The notes below the pieces were generated by a model that saw nothing but the letters and a program-made list of their open reading frames with translations, was not told the origin of the DNA and did no database searches. Source: Raillietiella orientalis (Eukaryota). Taken from it: a stretch of DNA of 64,000 nt. Below, piece after piece: positions 25,564 to 36,099 of this stretch. The stretch is taken from the NCBI GenBank assembly GCA_036172245.1, contig JAYWIR010000003.1, forward strand, positions 3,906,001 through 3,970,000, read 5' to 3'. The translations under genes were made by a program, and so were the position numbers. The first letter of the stretch is position 1. Every line of letters begins with the position of its first letter.

Positions 25564-25915
25564 CAGTGGTACCTCGGTACTCGTCGGCAAGTGGCTCCGG
25601 AGCTCGCGGCGAGTACCGAAACCGACGAGTACCGAACGAGTTCTTCTCTAGCCTTCGCGGTGCATCATTTTCAACCATTTCAGGACCCGCGATTAACGCT
25701 TGAAATGCACAGAAAGCACCCAAAAGGGAACGATTTTGGAGGCATTCCATGAGACGGAAAGAGTTCACATGTTTGTTTCATCATCATGAGAGTGGGGTGT
25801 CGAGTTCCGAGCAAGAGTGGAGTGTCGAAGCATTTTTTTTTTTCTTCTCGTCGAAGAGTGCGAAGAGTGCCGAGTTTGACGAGTTTCGAAACCGTCGGGT
25901 ACCGAGGTACGACTG
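25564..25915. mobile_element. pogo/Tigger-type (Tc1/mariner superfamily) MITE, 352 bp
   Basis: 24-bp TIRs: CAGTGGTACCTCGGTACTCGTCGG against reverse-complemented CAGTCGTACCTCGGTACCCGACGG (21/24). Right flank is TA and left flank is TC (a decayed TA TSD). Internal perfect 14-bp inverted copy at 25574-25587/25622-25635. Confidence 0.8.
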
Positions 25916-27159
25916 TATTTTAAAACACCTTTCGATATATGATAGCTTTTTTCACCTTTTCACTCATTTCACATGCTGGAAAAATTTCTGATTACGCTCT
26001 CTGTGCTGATGCCACGGTCAAAATTAAGATGAAATGCGACAGATAAGCTCGACATTTCGAGCATCGGCTCCATGGAAATCATGAAACAAGAGCACCTCCT
26101 TGCTCTACTTTGCCTTAAAATCACTAACAACCAATGGGAAAAAAAAAAAAGGCGAATTTTCTGGTACTTCACACGATTCAGCATCCACCTCATGCTCATC
26201 AACCTTTGCCTTTTTTTCGCGGTTAAGAGAGAGATGCTGCCTGCAGCCAGCGGCAGGAGGATTCAGCCCTGGGTGCGATGGCAACGGAATCCGAGGTTCC
26301 AGGAGGATGCCGGAGTTTTCCCCAGTCCGACAAGCCGTGGGGAGATTCCATTCACAGGAACAGGCTGACGATTTCCGGGAAAAAAAATTCGGGAACCTGC
26401 GAAGTGTTCCTGGTGAAGAGGTGCAGGGAGGACCTACATCGAAAATAACAAGATCCCATGCTAGTAAGTACAAGCGATGTATGATTTCATCAGAATTACT
26501 GCAGTTGCGTTTTGCCAGATCGGATGTCGCACTTTCTGGAAAATCAATGGAGGCACACCTCAAGCGGAATCAATCCGACCAACCGATTAAGAGCAGCAGC
26601 GTTGGGTAAGAAGAAAAGAAAAAAAAAAAAAAAATGAATAAACATAATGTGGGCATGAAAGCAGACGTGATTTCCCAGAGGATGCATCAAACACGCAGCG
26701 GCGCAGACAAAAACTGACGCATTAAAGAGCACTCAAGTGGGGTCGCCTAAGGTTAATCACCTTGAAGAACGCTTCGGCAGGAAAAGGTGCTGCTGCAAAA
26801 TTTTCGTTGTGAAAGCGAAAAAGGAAAAAAAAAAAAAAGGCAAACACATCGATTCGAAGTTTGTGATAACCAGCAATCACCGATACGTACCATTCAGTTA
26901 TCTTTGCTTAATGCATCAATCAGTCTTTTCTTTTGTAAGCAGCGAATCGGAAGTCGTTTAAACACCCACAGGCAATTTGTCCCCAAATTGCAATCTCTGG
27001 ACCCAGCTTGCGATCACTCGGCTGTATATGTACCAACCGTGCTTTACTGAGCGTGTTTGTGTTTGTACATGCATGTCTTGGTTAAAGCGGATGCGAGTTG
27101 TTCGTGCATATTTTGCAGGGTACAGTGAATGTTCCTCTTTGGGGAGTACCCTGAGGCGT

Positions 27160-27490
27160 TAATCTGTGGCACGAAAACATAGTCCGAGGCAATTGGAACA
27201 TAGGTCGCACGCAATTTCACGTCTTGGAACTCCTTTGGATGCACCATTCTGCCAGACTTATTTCTCACTAGTTGCCGTTCAACCTGTACAACCTTCGTGT
27301 TCGTACGCAAAATCTTCTGCGGATGACCTTTTGCAGTCACGGCGTGTGCTACCAGCACTGTGACCATCATTCGGTACAGCTGCTGCACCGTATGCCCAAA
27401 CGTGATTTGCATGCGCGTTGTATCTTCATCTGGTTTAAGCAAAGCTTTATCGAAACACGTGTCACAGAAATTTCAAGCAATTTTTTGGCT
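27160..27490 (-). pseudogene. Mariner-like transposase N-terminal remnant
   Basis: Minus strand: KF..TTRMQITFG, KGHP..TNTKVVQV and MVH..KLRATYVP. These resemble mariner IKFC..ET..MLQ.AFG, RSGRP and K..ARWVP. Confidence 0.4.
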
Positions 27491-27752
27491 GGAGTTTCTA
27501 ATCATCTGCCATCAACTCTTGGGTCTCCGTTGGATCTGGCGCATCGATGAGGATCGCAGGTCGAAGGAAACCTGCTGGAAATCTCCTCGTAGTCCTAATT
27601 ACTGCCTTTCGGCGTAATTTCAAGCAAATTCATCTGAATTGGCAATGGGTTTTTCCCTCTTGGGTGGCAACAGAAAGACGGGAAAGACTCACCTCACCGC
27701 CGCGTCCGGACACAGTGATCTCAGAAGCATTATTCTTGCAAAAGCCTTTTTT

Positions 27753-27775
27753 TGTGTGTGTGTGTGTGTGTGTGT
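27753..27775. repeat. (TG)n microsatellite
   Basis: Directly visible. Confidence 0.95.
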
Positions 27776-27799
27776 AATTCGCACATTTTCCTCCGAAGT

Positions 27800-28210
27800 T
27801 CCCTCAGTTTCGAGATTTTCAAGTAAATCTCTCAGAATCCGTTCTGCATAGATCTTTTTAGCCTTTTCAAATCTCTCGAGTCCGTCGCTTCTGCAAAGCC
27901 AAAAACAGCACTCATCATTCCAGAGATCAGTTTCCACGGGAGAAAGGGATTTCGACTCGGAGCAGATCTCGAGGTTGTCGTCGTGGTTGTTTATGTAAAC
28001 TGCCGAGCTCGAGCTTTCGAGATCAATGAATACCTTCCACGTGGAAAGGAATCTCACGATCAGTGTGTGATCACGTATGCGTGGATTCTGCCAAAGTTGC
28101 ATTTCTCTGATGGTATCCTCTATGCCTCAGAATGCAACGGATGCTGAGCAGGGAGTCGAACCCAGACGCGATTCGTGTCCCAACCTCTGTCAGTCATCGA
28201 TCAATTTCGT
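27800..28210 (-). pseudogene. Ty3/Gypsy-like RT remnant just upstream of the ACBD gene
   Basis: Minus strand: RGYHQ (28107-28121), AVYINNHDDNLEI (VY.DD.LI-like) and DECCF (KC.F-like), in order. Confidence 0.45.
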
Positions 28211-28497
28211 GACAGTGGATGTGCAATGAGGCTCGTGCTGTCTGGCAAGGAGTTGTCCTAGTTGCATCCACAGGAACAGCCACTTCCAAGTTCGTGTTTC
28301 GTAAAGTATGTTGCTCAAGTGAGAAAACTTGCTGGACATTGGATTTGTACATCTTGCATTTCATGTGCCTCCAATTATGATCGCAAGCAGCACATCACCA
28401 AAGTTCGATGAACCGTAACCCTTCTACTGGTTTTCCCCGTTCGTAGAAGCAAATGAAAACTATAGAGCTCGGATGATGGAACTTTCGTTTTCTAAAT

Positions 28498-29419
28498 ATG
28501 TGTGAATCAGATGAGCTTTTTGCAGCAGCTGTAAAAGTTGTCAATAATCTCTTGAATGACAGTAAGATGTATTTGGAAATTATAGCATGCACACATGTAG
28601 ATCTTATTAAGGAGTTAATGTGCACAGTATGGCAATCTTAGTTGAGCATTCGTACATGAGTAATCTGCTCGATGAGGTTCATTCTTGGTGTCTGCATGGA
28701 TATCTGAGTATTGTTTGGGTGTCTTGTTATTTCAAATGAATGATTGCTGTTGGAACTTTTTTACACATGTGTGTTTTAGCTAAAACGTGTAATTGTTCCT
28801 TAGAAAGCTATGAGCCTTCCAGTGAAATGAGACTGCAGTTTTATGCTTACTACAAGCAAGCAACTATTGGGTGCTGCAATGTTGCAGCTCCATTTTGGTG
28901 GTATGTGAGAAAACGTGCTCAGTGGGAGGCCTGGAGCAGTCTAGGATCCATGAGTATTCCAGAAGCCAAACAAAACTACATCTGTCTACTGAAGGAGGTT
29001 TTCACTTATACTACTACTTGTTATTCCATTCTTATGGTTGGTCATAGGTTATTGAAGTGCTGCCATTCAATGAGGATTCTGCCCGTTTTCTAGATGAGCT
29101 GCACTTACAAACAGTGAGTAACTTGAATACTGAACTCATTGGAAATGGAGAAGTGTTGGAGCAAAGTGACTCACGGTTGTTGGTTAGTGATCATCTACGT
29201 GAACTATGGGAATATTGTCAACGTTTGCATGCACGTATCTGGTGCTTAGAGATGGAAATTCAAATGGTGAGCACCTTTTTTATGTTGCTTTTTGGCATTT
29301 GTCGTTTTCATTAGCTGCAAAATCACCAGATGGATTGGACACCTATCTGGCTAGCATTACTTAGTTCAGCTCTGCTGCAGACCATATTTCACTGGTGGTT
29401 TTGTCTTCTTCGCCATTGA
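28498..29419 (+). CDS. ACBD5: Membrane-anchored acyl-CoA-binding domain protein (ACBD4/ACBD5/MAA-1-like), 4 exons: 28498-28561, 28804-28997, 29048-29266, 29315-29419; 193 aa
   Basis: Spliced by hand with canonical GT..AG introns (28562-28803, 28998-29047, 29267-29314). This gives an open 582-nt frame: MCESDELFAAAVKVVNNLLNDKSYEPSSEMRLQFYAYYKQATIGCCNVAAPFWWYVRKRAQWEAWSSLGSMSIPEAKQNYICLLKEVIEVLPF... ACB-domain motifs are present (F.AAVKV, FY.YYKQAT.G, W.AW..LG.M...EA...Y). They are followed by a short coiled-coil-like segment and a C-terminal hydrophobic helix (PIWLALLSSALLQTIFHWWFCLL), then RH and stop. ACBD5 versus ACBD4 orthology is not resolved. Confidence 0.92.
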
Positions 29420-29989
29420 TTTGTAGTATCAGTTTAAGTTAAAAACTGGTGCTACTGTCTGAAGACCTTTAGCATTTGTCCAGGAAGAAACTGCTCTAGA
29501 TCTGCAGTTGGGGGCTACATTGACTGCTTCCCTCAGATTAAAATTAAAACCAAAGGGCATGCCAACATGATTTAGGAATTAATTTCCTAACAGCAAACCT
29601 TATATCCGTTTCCTTTGCATCTTGTCATCAATTGTTGATCTTGTGCAATGTTGATAGACTGACAGACAAAAAATGTGGTGCACTCTCACTGAAAGTCTAG
29701 TATGTTCACCATCGTCATTCAGATAACCAGCTAACAAATAACTGTGCTTTTTATTGTACTGCTGTTAGCTTTATGTTTGTTGATCCCATTACAGGTACTT
29801 TTAAAAGAGTACAGCCCATTCAAATACATCAGTTTTTCTATTTATGCTATCAGTATAAGTTGACTCTGGGGTACAGTGCTTTTTCTGAAAATTCGATTCT
29901 ATTAAACTGTTGAGACTTTAATCGAATAGGAGTGTTATTTCAAAAGATGCACTCCTTGAAGGATCGGTGGCCATTCTTTTTCGACCGAT

Positions 29990-30250
29990 TGCATGGAAAG
30001 CAAGTCATCCAAGATGACTGGTGGTGATTTGGGTTAGCACATGTTTCCAATCTTTGCCAAGAGCTTGAGATCACTATGATGGCGAGAAGGGTAAAAATCC
30101 ATAGTCATGACGAGACATTCCGAAATGTAATCGTGAAAATGGGCAGTTTCTGACCAGTGGCCTCAAGGATGAAGCGAGCTTGCTGAGTAAGATTGTTCAT
30201 GAGATGGTAATGACATCCCTGTACTTTGTTCTGTTTTGACCACACAAAAG
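29990..30250 (+). pseudogene. Mariner-like transposase catalytic-domain remnant
   Basis: LCQEL..KIHSHDETF resembles CQELL..IVTGDETW. Confidence 0.35.
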
Positions 30251-33200
30251 ACTAAAATCGGAAACGGGGAAAAACAATTTTGAAATAAAAAAACGATTTC
30301 GTGGACGTATTTTCCGCGTGAATGGGTCGGTAGCATCGCTATAAATGATGAATGTTTTTTTTTTATTCTTTCAAAAATGAAAGTACAGACCAGTGGCTAT
30401 GGTTCCACAGATAGCTTTTCAAACAGAATCACCTCTTTTATGCTCACACCGTAAAAACGAAGAATAGCCCACGTGGCTTGCATTATCCTCCTGAGTCCTG
30501 CAGATAGAAATGTGTTGGTCAGCTTCCTCCTACCTTTCCAATCCTCTTGCTCTGGGTTGCCTCCGGCCACACTGCGGCAGTTCCTCAACTGCAACTTCCC
30601 CAGCTTTAATGTTGAGTATCTCTCAAAGAGGGTGCATTTGGTTCTGCTGCCGTGGTTTTGGAATGACTGGCGGCTGTTTCAGACGACTGCTGAATCTCAT
30701 TTACCCAAAGCTGTGGTGTATTCGTTTTCTCTTCTTGTATCTCATCGTTGAGTTTGTGTTCCTTTACTCCATTCCACGTTTAAGATTCCATCTCGAAGTG
30801 AGGAGCCACCGATTGAGATGGTCGCAGTTTTCTCAGAGCAGCAGATTTAACCAGGATTTTCGGACACCTTGATCTTCAAACTCCTGTACAATTGCTTTCT
30901 TTATTTCAGGGCTGATTCGGACTGATTCCCACAATCTCCTGAGCTTCTCCCGCAAGCCACCGCCACTGTACCAGGAGCGCTCCATCTTGAAACCGGAGGG
31001 GTCCCCCCGGTGAGGGGGGTCCCCTCTCCGTTGCACGACAGGATTTCACAGATTTCGTTTACTTATGGAATCTTCCCTGAAAGAGTTATCCGCCAGGAAA
31101 ATAATTTTAGGGGTAATAAAGTAATCATCCCGTATCCATTATGTGAGCATTTCTTCTAAATCAACCGTCTGTACTTTAATGAACTCTTAATCAATTACAG
31201 TATTCATGAATTGATAACCCACTTGTTGAATCCTTAAACCCGAGCGTTTGGGATGTTAAGATGAACAATTTTTTCGGCAACTGCTTCAAAATGGAAAGCG
31301 ACTGAGCATCAGAATGTGCCTCCGTATGCAGCGGCAACACTGCTAGGAAACGTAGTATTGACTCTAGTAATGCTATCTTGCCGATTATCTTATTTTTTTT
31401 CCCCTTTTAGAAAATGCTTCGATTGTTTTCAAAGTGAAGCCACGCAAACTTTTTTTTCTTTTTTTCTTCTAAGTTTACGCGCGTATCAAAGGGAGCGGAT
31501 CTTTTCTGGTGTATCCGAACTTATAGTGCACCACATATCCGTCCTCTTTCGGCCGCAAATGACATGCATAACTTATCGTCGACAAGTGTGATAGCAGGAA
31601 CTAAAGTCATCAAGAATTCATCCTGGCAATGAGATTAACACAGTGGTGGCAGTTCTCCGCTTTCAACGAAGTTCAAATTTCTTATTCTGATGACATTTTA
31701 AAAGGCGCGCCACCATCTGCACAGAGGTAACCAAAGAATGCAGTTAGGCCGAGAGTTGGTTTCCATAGAAGCTCACAGAAAGAGACGCAGTTTCCAAGAC
31801 GTTTATGGAAATTTCATTCACGAACGTGATTCGTTTTATTACTGACAAATGTTAGAATGGAGCCGACTCTAAATCGACAAGGCTCGCATCCATACGAATG
31901 TGTTTCCCATAAAAAAAAAAAAAAAAAAGCAACGACCAGTTTTTGTCGTGATGGAAGAAGCCCCTTGCACCTTCTACTCATAGTACGATCCAAAATAATA
32001 CACTACTCAATCAAACAGTGTTTCTTCTCGAAAAAGGTGTAGGTTTTTCCTGCGGCCTTTCCTTTTACCAATGATGATAATTATAAAAGTGATAGGAAAT
32101 GGGTTTCCAGGATCGAAGAATTTACACGAGCATTCGAAAAGCTAACGACGCTTTCGAAACTCGAAAATGAGGAAACCGGTGGTTGCTAACCTCCAGCTTC
32201 CCTCTAGGACATTAATTTCCTTTATTTCCAAAGATCAGTAATGTGCTCAAAGTGTTATTATCACCACGAAGATAAGTGACTGAAGAGAAAAGGCGCATCC
32301 TGATTCATCTAATGACTGCTCTCCATTTCGTTTATCAGTACGCCTCACGTATGTCTCCTCGTGTTCATTAGTCCGTATGACCTTGCAGAAACTGTCAGCT
32401 TTCTGAACGGAGTCAAAGGATTCAAAGGATCCCATCCACCGTCTCCCAGGAGACAGGGGCGCCATACAAGACTTCCCGAGGTGAGTTGCCGGGGAAGCCT
32501 GCGTTCGAGAGTTTCTGTGGGAACCGCCGGACTTGTCGAAAATCTTCTAATTTGCATTAGTCAAGATTTATGGCTCTTTTCATAACTTAATGAAACGGCG
32601 TTGGAGCGGCGGCGTTTTATGACGCAGTGTTCCGCGACTGACAAAAGGATGAGAACCTGAAGGAAGGAAAACGATACTAATCTAAAATTAAACTGCTCGA
32701 TTTCCGACCTCTGCATGGATAGCAGCCAGAGTCTTCGAAACGATGAGCAGATGATTCCCGAAGCTACGGATCTTCGAAAAAGACCTTCCAGGATCAACGA
32801 ACGCCCCCCTTCCGTAGAGAAGCCTTTCGAAAATTACGGAATCCTCCCTTGGAACCGATCATTTATTAGGGTGAGTCTCGAAGACTTCCAAGTTCTTCAG
32901 AGATAATCTGGAATTCCGAACTTACAACGGGTGGACACCCATTCTCTCTTTACACGCATCCCCTGAACATAAAACGAAAGCTCGTGATGAATCTGAGAGC
33001 TCAGGAACGCAGCAATAAAGATAAACCTAATACCAAGGAGATTAATTAGCTTTTAGGGAGCAACTGCTGCACCGACTCCGGATTAAATACCGTTTGCAAT
33101 TAGATTTTCCAAAATCCAAGATCAAGAAATGGCCGCTTCAGCGTAAATTTTCTCTTTCAAAAGCAAAGCGTAATAGAATTATAGCAAGGCGCATAAAACG

Positions 33201-34444
33201 TCTAGCAGCTAATGGTAAGTGGTGGAGCGCATCATTAGAAAACAGTTGCAGCAAGGGGATGCTGGTCTCTCATCCGAGATGGGCAGCTTTTCGGGATCTC
33301 GCTAAAACGATTGATTGTGGTTTTACAGCGCCGGCGCATTTCTCTCCCTCACCAGCCAGAGATCACCCCCACATCTCTTTTTTCATAGATATTCCTTTTT
33401 CCTTTGAAGCAATTACGCGAGATTTGAGCTTCCGCGGCATGGCCTCGAACCGATTCCTGGAAGCAGCGCTTTCGCGTCCTCGTGAGCTTCCCACCGGAGG
33501 GGCAGTTCCGTTTTCCTTGCGGGGCGGAAAGAGGGCCGGCCGCCTGCCCAACGGCGAGGGGCCGCAGTACTGATGGCACGAATTTCTTCCGGTTTTGCGA
33601 CTCCGCACGCCAGCGGGAAGAGAGAGAGAGAGAGTTCTCGGGAGTCCAGGGGGGGGGGAGGCGATGAGCGGCGAATCCGTCGAAAAATCTAAAAGTCGAA
33701 GGCAGGGCTGACAGCTTCTCCCTTTCGGCATCCAGAAATTAAGCCTAGGTGCAGCGGAAGGGATCAGTCAACGAATGGTCACGATCACGAGGCGAGTGTA
33801 ACGATCAGGCCAGAGCGGTTTGTCCACCTTTGTGGAATCGGCCGGAATGAACGCGGGGTCGTCGTCGAGCGCGCATGACCGATCACGAAGTGCTCGCCAG
33901 TTTGCGAAAGGACCACCGCCTACCGCCTCTTTTGACTACTTTCGGAACGAACGAATTTCAAGGCTTCGGCTGCGAAGGAGGAGACTCGAAGGATGCTCGG
34001 TTGATTTCCTCCTGCATTCGCCGTCCCGGACGCGACTCGGATCACACGAAGCGTTCACAAGTCCCGAGGTTGTTCCCGGCATCTGGACAGCCGAAACAGG
34101 AGGCAGGGAGGGCGTCACGATCTTCGGGTGCTTGAGCGATCCTGGAACCGGCGGCAGCGAGTCCAGTCCGCCGATTCGCAACCGGACGTGCACTTTCCGA
34201 AGGCGCGCCTGGCTGGAAGAGAGAAACCGCAAAGGTAGGGTGAGCAGAGGGCAGTGCTGCCAGGTCGCAACGAGTCTTCCCCCGAAGGCGGGAAGGCCAC
34301 GTGTTTCGTGGCAGACAGGCTCAAAGGAAGCTGACCGTCGCGCACTGGGTCAAGTCGGATAGCACGTCCCTTCGTGACCTCCACTATATCTCCTGTGTTT
34401 CCCCTTTTTCGTGTATTGCATTTCCTGGATCGTTTCACGGAAGC

Positions 34445-35210
34445 TGCGATTCCAAGTGCCCACCCTCCCCACGAGGACTTTTGCTTTAGGGCGAGCTACT
34501 GGGAATTCCGATGAAAGATCTGCAGTGGGGCCCCCAGTGCTTATGGACAGGCACACCCTCCAATTAAAGTGGCAGGAGTCGGCGCTGATGCTGTTGCACT
34601 TGGCCTCCCGTGCAACGCCTGCCGGCATCACTGGACCCGGGAGAAGGGGGTGGACCACAACTGTGGCAGGTACGGGGAGGGCGAATCCCTCCCGCACCTG
34701 CTGGTGGACTGTGTTGCCCTCCGGTCCCTCTGGGAATGCTTTTCTGCGACCCTGGGAACTCCCCGGCGGCCTGGGAACTTCCAGGGATGCTTTAAAATCC
34801 CTCCTCATTCGCAACTCCCTTCGTCCGAAAGCCTCTTTGGCTGCTCTCTGCTGTCTATGCGGGTCGTGGCTGCCTGGAGCGACGCAAGAGGAGAACCGAG
34901 CTGCAGGGATGCCATTCACTTTGCCGTCCAATTCATGAGGATGGCAACGAGATGGACCCACCTGAAGGGCAGTATGCGACAAGAGCTTGATGGCATCCTT
35001 GCAGCCAGCAGACAGGGATCCCTTCCCTCCCCCCTAAAGTTTATTTCTTTTTGTTTGTCCCCTTCCTCTGCCGCCGTGGTGGACCTCACTGGTCTGTGAA
35101 CCGGCAACCCGGCAGGTTCCCAGTAAAATGCACGTGGTTGGATCACCGGTCCAACCACAATTTTCTGCAAGTGCTTATTTTTATTAAAATAAACTCCCAG
35201 GCGTACTCGG
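34445..35210 (+). mobile_element. L1/Tx1-like LINE 3' end, copy C
   Basis: VLMDRHTLQLKWQESALMLLH..GLPCNACRHHWT..VDHNCGRYGEGESLPHLLVDCVALRSLW..RDAIHFAVQFMRMATRWTHL. Structured 3' UTR and AATAAA at 35188-35193. Confidence 0.85.
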
Positions 35211-36099
35211 GCGAGAGCCGATTTCTCGCTCAAGACGATCTTCACGATGACCACCGAAAACAAGAGCGTTCCGTGGTCCGGCAGAGCCGTTTGCAGTCGC
35301 GAGAAGCGAACTGGGGTTAGGAAGGGTGCAGAACTCCGGGGCCACTGGAAGGGGAGGGGGGTCGGATCAACTGGGAACACCGGTGAGCGCGCGTCCCTAC
35401 ACTCACCCGCTCGAAGCGCGCTCCCGTGGCAATGCACTCGAAACCGCGTGATTCCTCTCTCCGTGCCATTCCCTGTTTGTTGGCCGGAACATCCGTTTAC
35501 CGGCGCGACCTTCTTCTTTCGCGGCTTCCTCAGATCTGCCCTCAGTGGGTTTTAGCGCCTTCTGTTCGGGCGGGCTCGTATCGGCCACTTTCACTTTTTG
35601 CAGGCGACCACAGAAGGTAATCGCAAACCCAGGACGAGGTGGCCAAATCCGCTCTGTGAGCCACAGTAGTGAACCCGCCTGATTTTCGATGGTAGCGGTG
35701 GAATCGAGCACGAGCAACGGGAGTGACCTCCACGGAGCTGTTGGTGTAGGCTAGGGATGCGGAACAGACAATGTGCAAATAAAAAAAACAGAAACAAAAG
35801 TGATGGAGGACAGGGAAGAGTCATCATCCTAGTTCTCAGCCTTTGTGCGGAACGAGCGACGACCACTCGCGCCGCTGGAGCCACCCAAGAGCAAAGGGAA
35901 GATCCCTCCTCATGTTCGTACATCACCGAAGCACCCGCGAAGAAGATTCAGGAAGAAGCAAGCATTTGCGGATGAAGCCTACGAGAAAAAACGTGTAGCA
36001 TCTCCGAGGGTCGACAGGTCGGTCGAGGCTGCAGTCAGGGGAAGAGAAACCCGTATCGATTCTAGAGGTCTTCTGTGCTTCGACGCCTAGACACTTGGT

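Noticed and set aside
28140..28190. tRNA-like B box GGTTCGACTCC on the minus strand
   Set aside because: No A box or cloverleaf, and it lies inside a Gypsy-like RT remnant.
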